Shown here piece after piece: positions 63,533 through 64,000 of a DNA stretch of 64,000 nt (position 1 is the first letter of the stretch; every line of letters begins with the position of its first letter). The translations under genes and the position numbers were made by a program. The notes under the pieces are model-generated. The model searched no databases. It was not told the origin of the DNA and saw only the letters and a list, made by a program, of their open reading frames with translations. This DNA comes from an uncultured Thermoleophilaceae bacterium (lineage in GTDB: Bacteria; Actinomycetota; Thermoleophilia; Solirubrobacterales; Thermoleophilaceae): the NCBI GenBank assembly GCA_963803245.1, contig CAWDLI010000016.1:149577-213576 (forward strand). The letters are read 5' to 3'.

Positions 63533-64000
63533 TCAGACCTCAAGGATCTCCTCTTCCTTGCCCGCCAGCGCGGTGTCGATCTCGCCGATCCGCGCGTCGG
63601 TCAGCTTCTGGAGGTCGGCCTCCGCGCGGTGCTCGTCGTCGGAGCCCACCTCGCCCTCGCTCTTCAGCTCGCGCAGGTCGTGCATCACGTCGCGGCGGAT
63701 GTTCCGGACCGCGATGCGGCCCTGCTCCGCGATGTTGTGCACCACCTTCACGAGCTCGCGCCGGCGCTCCTCGGTCAGCTCGGGAATCTGAAGGCGGATC
63801 ACCTGCCCGTCGTTCGAAGGAGTCAGCCCGACGTCGGATTCGAGGATGGCCTTCTCGATCGCCTTGATGGAGCTCTTGTCGTACGGAGTGATCGTGAGCA
63901 GCCGCGCCTCGGTGGCCGAGATCTGCGCGAGCTGCCGCAGCGGCGTGACGGCGCCGTAGTAGTCCACGTCCACGCGGTCGAGCAGGTGCGGAGAGGCACG
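63533..64000 (-). CDS. frr: Ribosome recycling factor (5' end outside window)
   Basis: LTITPYDKSSIKAIEKAILESDVGLTPSNDGQVIRLQIPELTEERRRELVK is typical Frr. The ORF stays open to the window edge. Confidence 0.9.
   Translation of the reverse strand, partial: RASPHLLDRVDVDYYGAVTPLRQLAQISATEARLLTITPYDKSSIKAIEKAILESDVGLTPSNDGQVIRLQIPELTEERRRELVKVVHNIAEQGRIAVRNIRRDVMHDLRELKSEGEVGSDDEHRAEADLQKLTDARIGEIDTALAGKEEEILEV

Noticed and set aside
1-64000. Search by eye for CRISPR arrays, tRNA or rRNA genes, IS elements with inverted repeats, integrases and transposases
   Set aside because: I saw no regularly spaced direct repeats, no tRNA-like T-loop or acceptor patterns in the spacers, no rRNA-like stretches and no transposase or integrase motifs. 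The only tandem DNA repeats are the 10-mer at 61954..61979 and the coding repeats at 20985..22433.

Overview
This is a very GC-rich, actinobacterial-type chromosomal segment. My guess is a deep-branching Actinomycetota lineage such as Thermoleophilia or Rubrobacteria; that is an inference and was not checked. Most of the window is densely packed core genome. One stretch runs recA-recX-rny-miaB-miaA-dapF-dapL-hflX-dut. Others include murT/gatD, pdxH, dinB, nadE, apt, pgsA, proS, ispG, dxr, cdsA, uppS and frr. Many junctions have 1-4 nt start/stop overlaps, and divergent spacers are very short.

I found no rRNA, tRNA, CRISPR array, IS element or integrase.

About 27.3-32.75 kb looks like an accessory island. 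It has patchy, lower GC, small ribbon-helix-helix and zinc-ribbon ORFs, secreted proteins and shuffled SnoaL-like cassettes.

Main second-look items:
1. The syntenic DapF homologue has both catalytic cysteines replaced by serine (S73, S217).
2. A five-gene translationally coupled operon embeds a SAM methyltransferase between murT and gatD, behind an Ntn-amidotransferase and a lipid kinase.
3. A 54-aa stand-alone NrdR-type zinc ribbon lies in the island; it is too short for the ORF track.
4. Cyclic-dinucleotide signalling parts recur: a ydaO-type c-di-AMP riboswitch with an adjacent LexA-box-like palindrome upstream of an RlpA-like gene, an RsiG-like c-di-GMP motif protein, a GGDEF/HD-GYP enzyme and a PilB with MshEN-like motifs.
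5. A secreted protein carries six Cys-pair repeats.
6. A beta-lactamase-fold domain is fused to a VanX-type dipeptidase.
7. Two genes appear frameshifted or decayed.

All functional calls come from reading motifs by eye. No searches were run.
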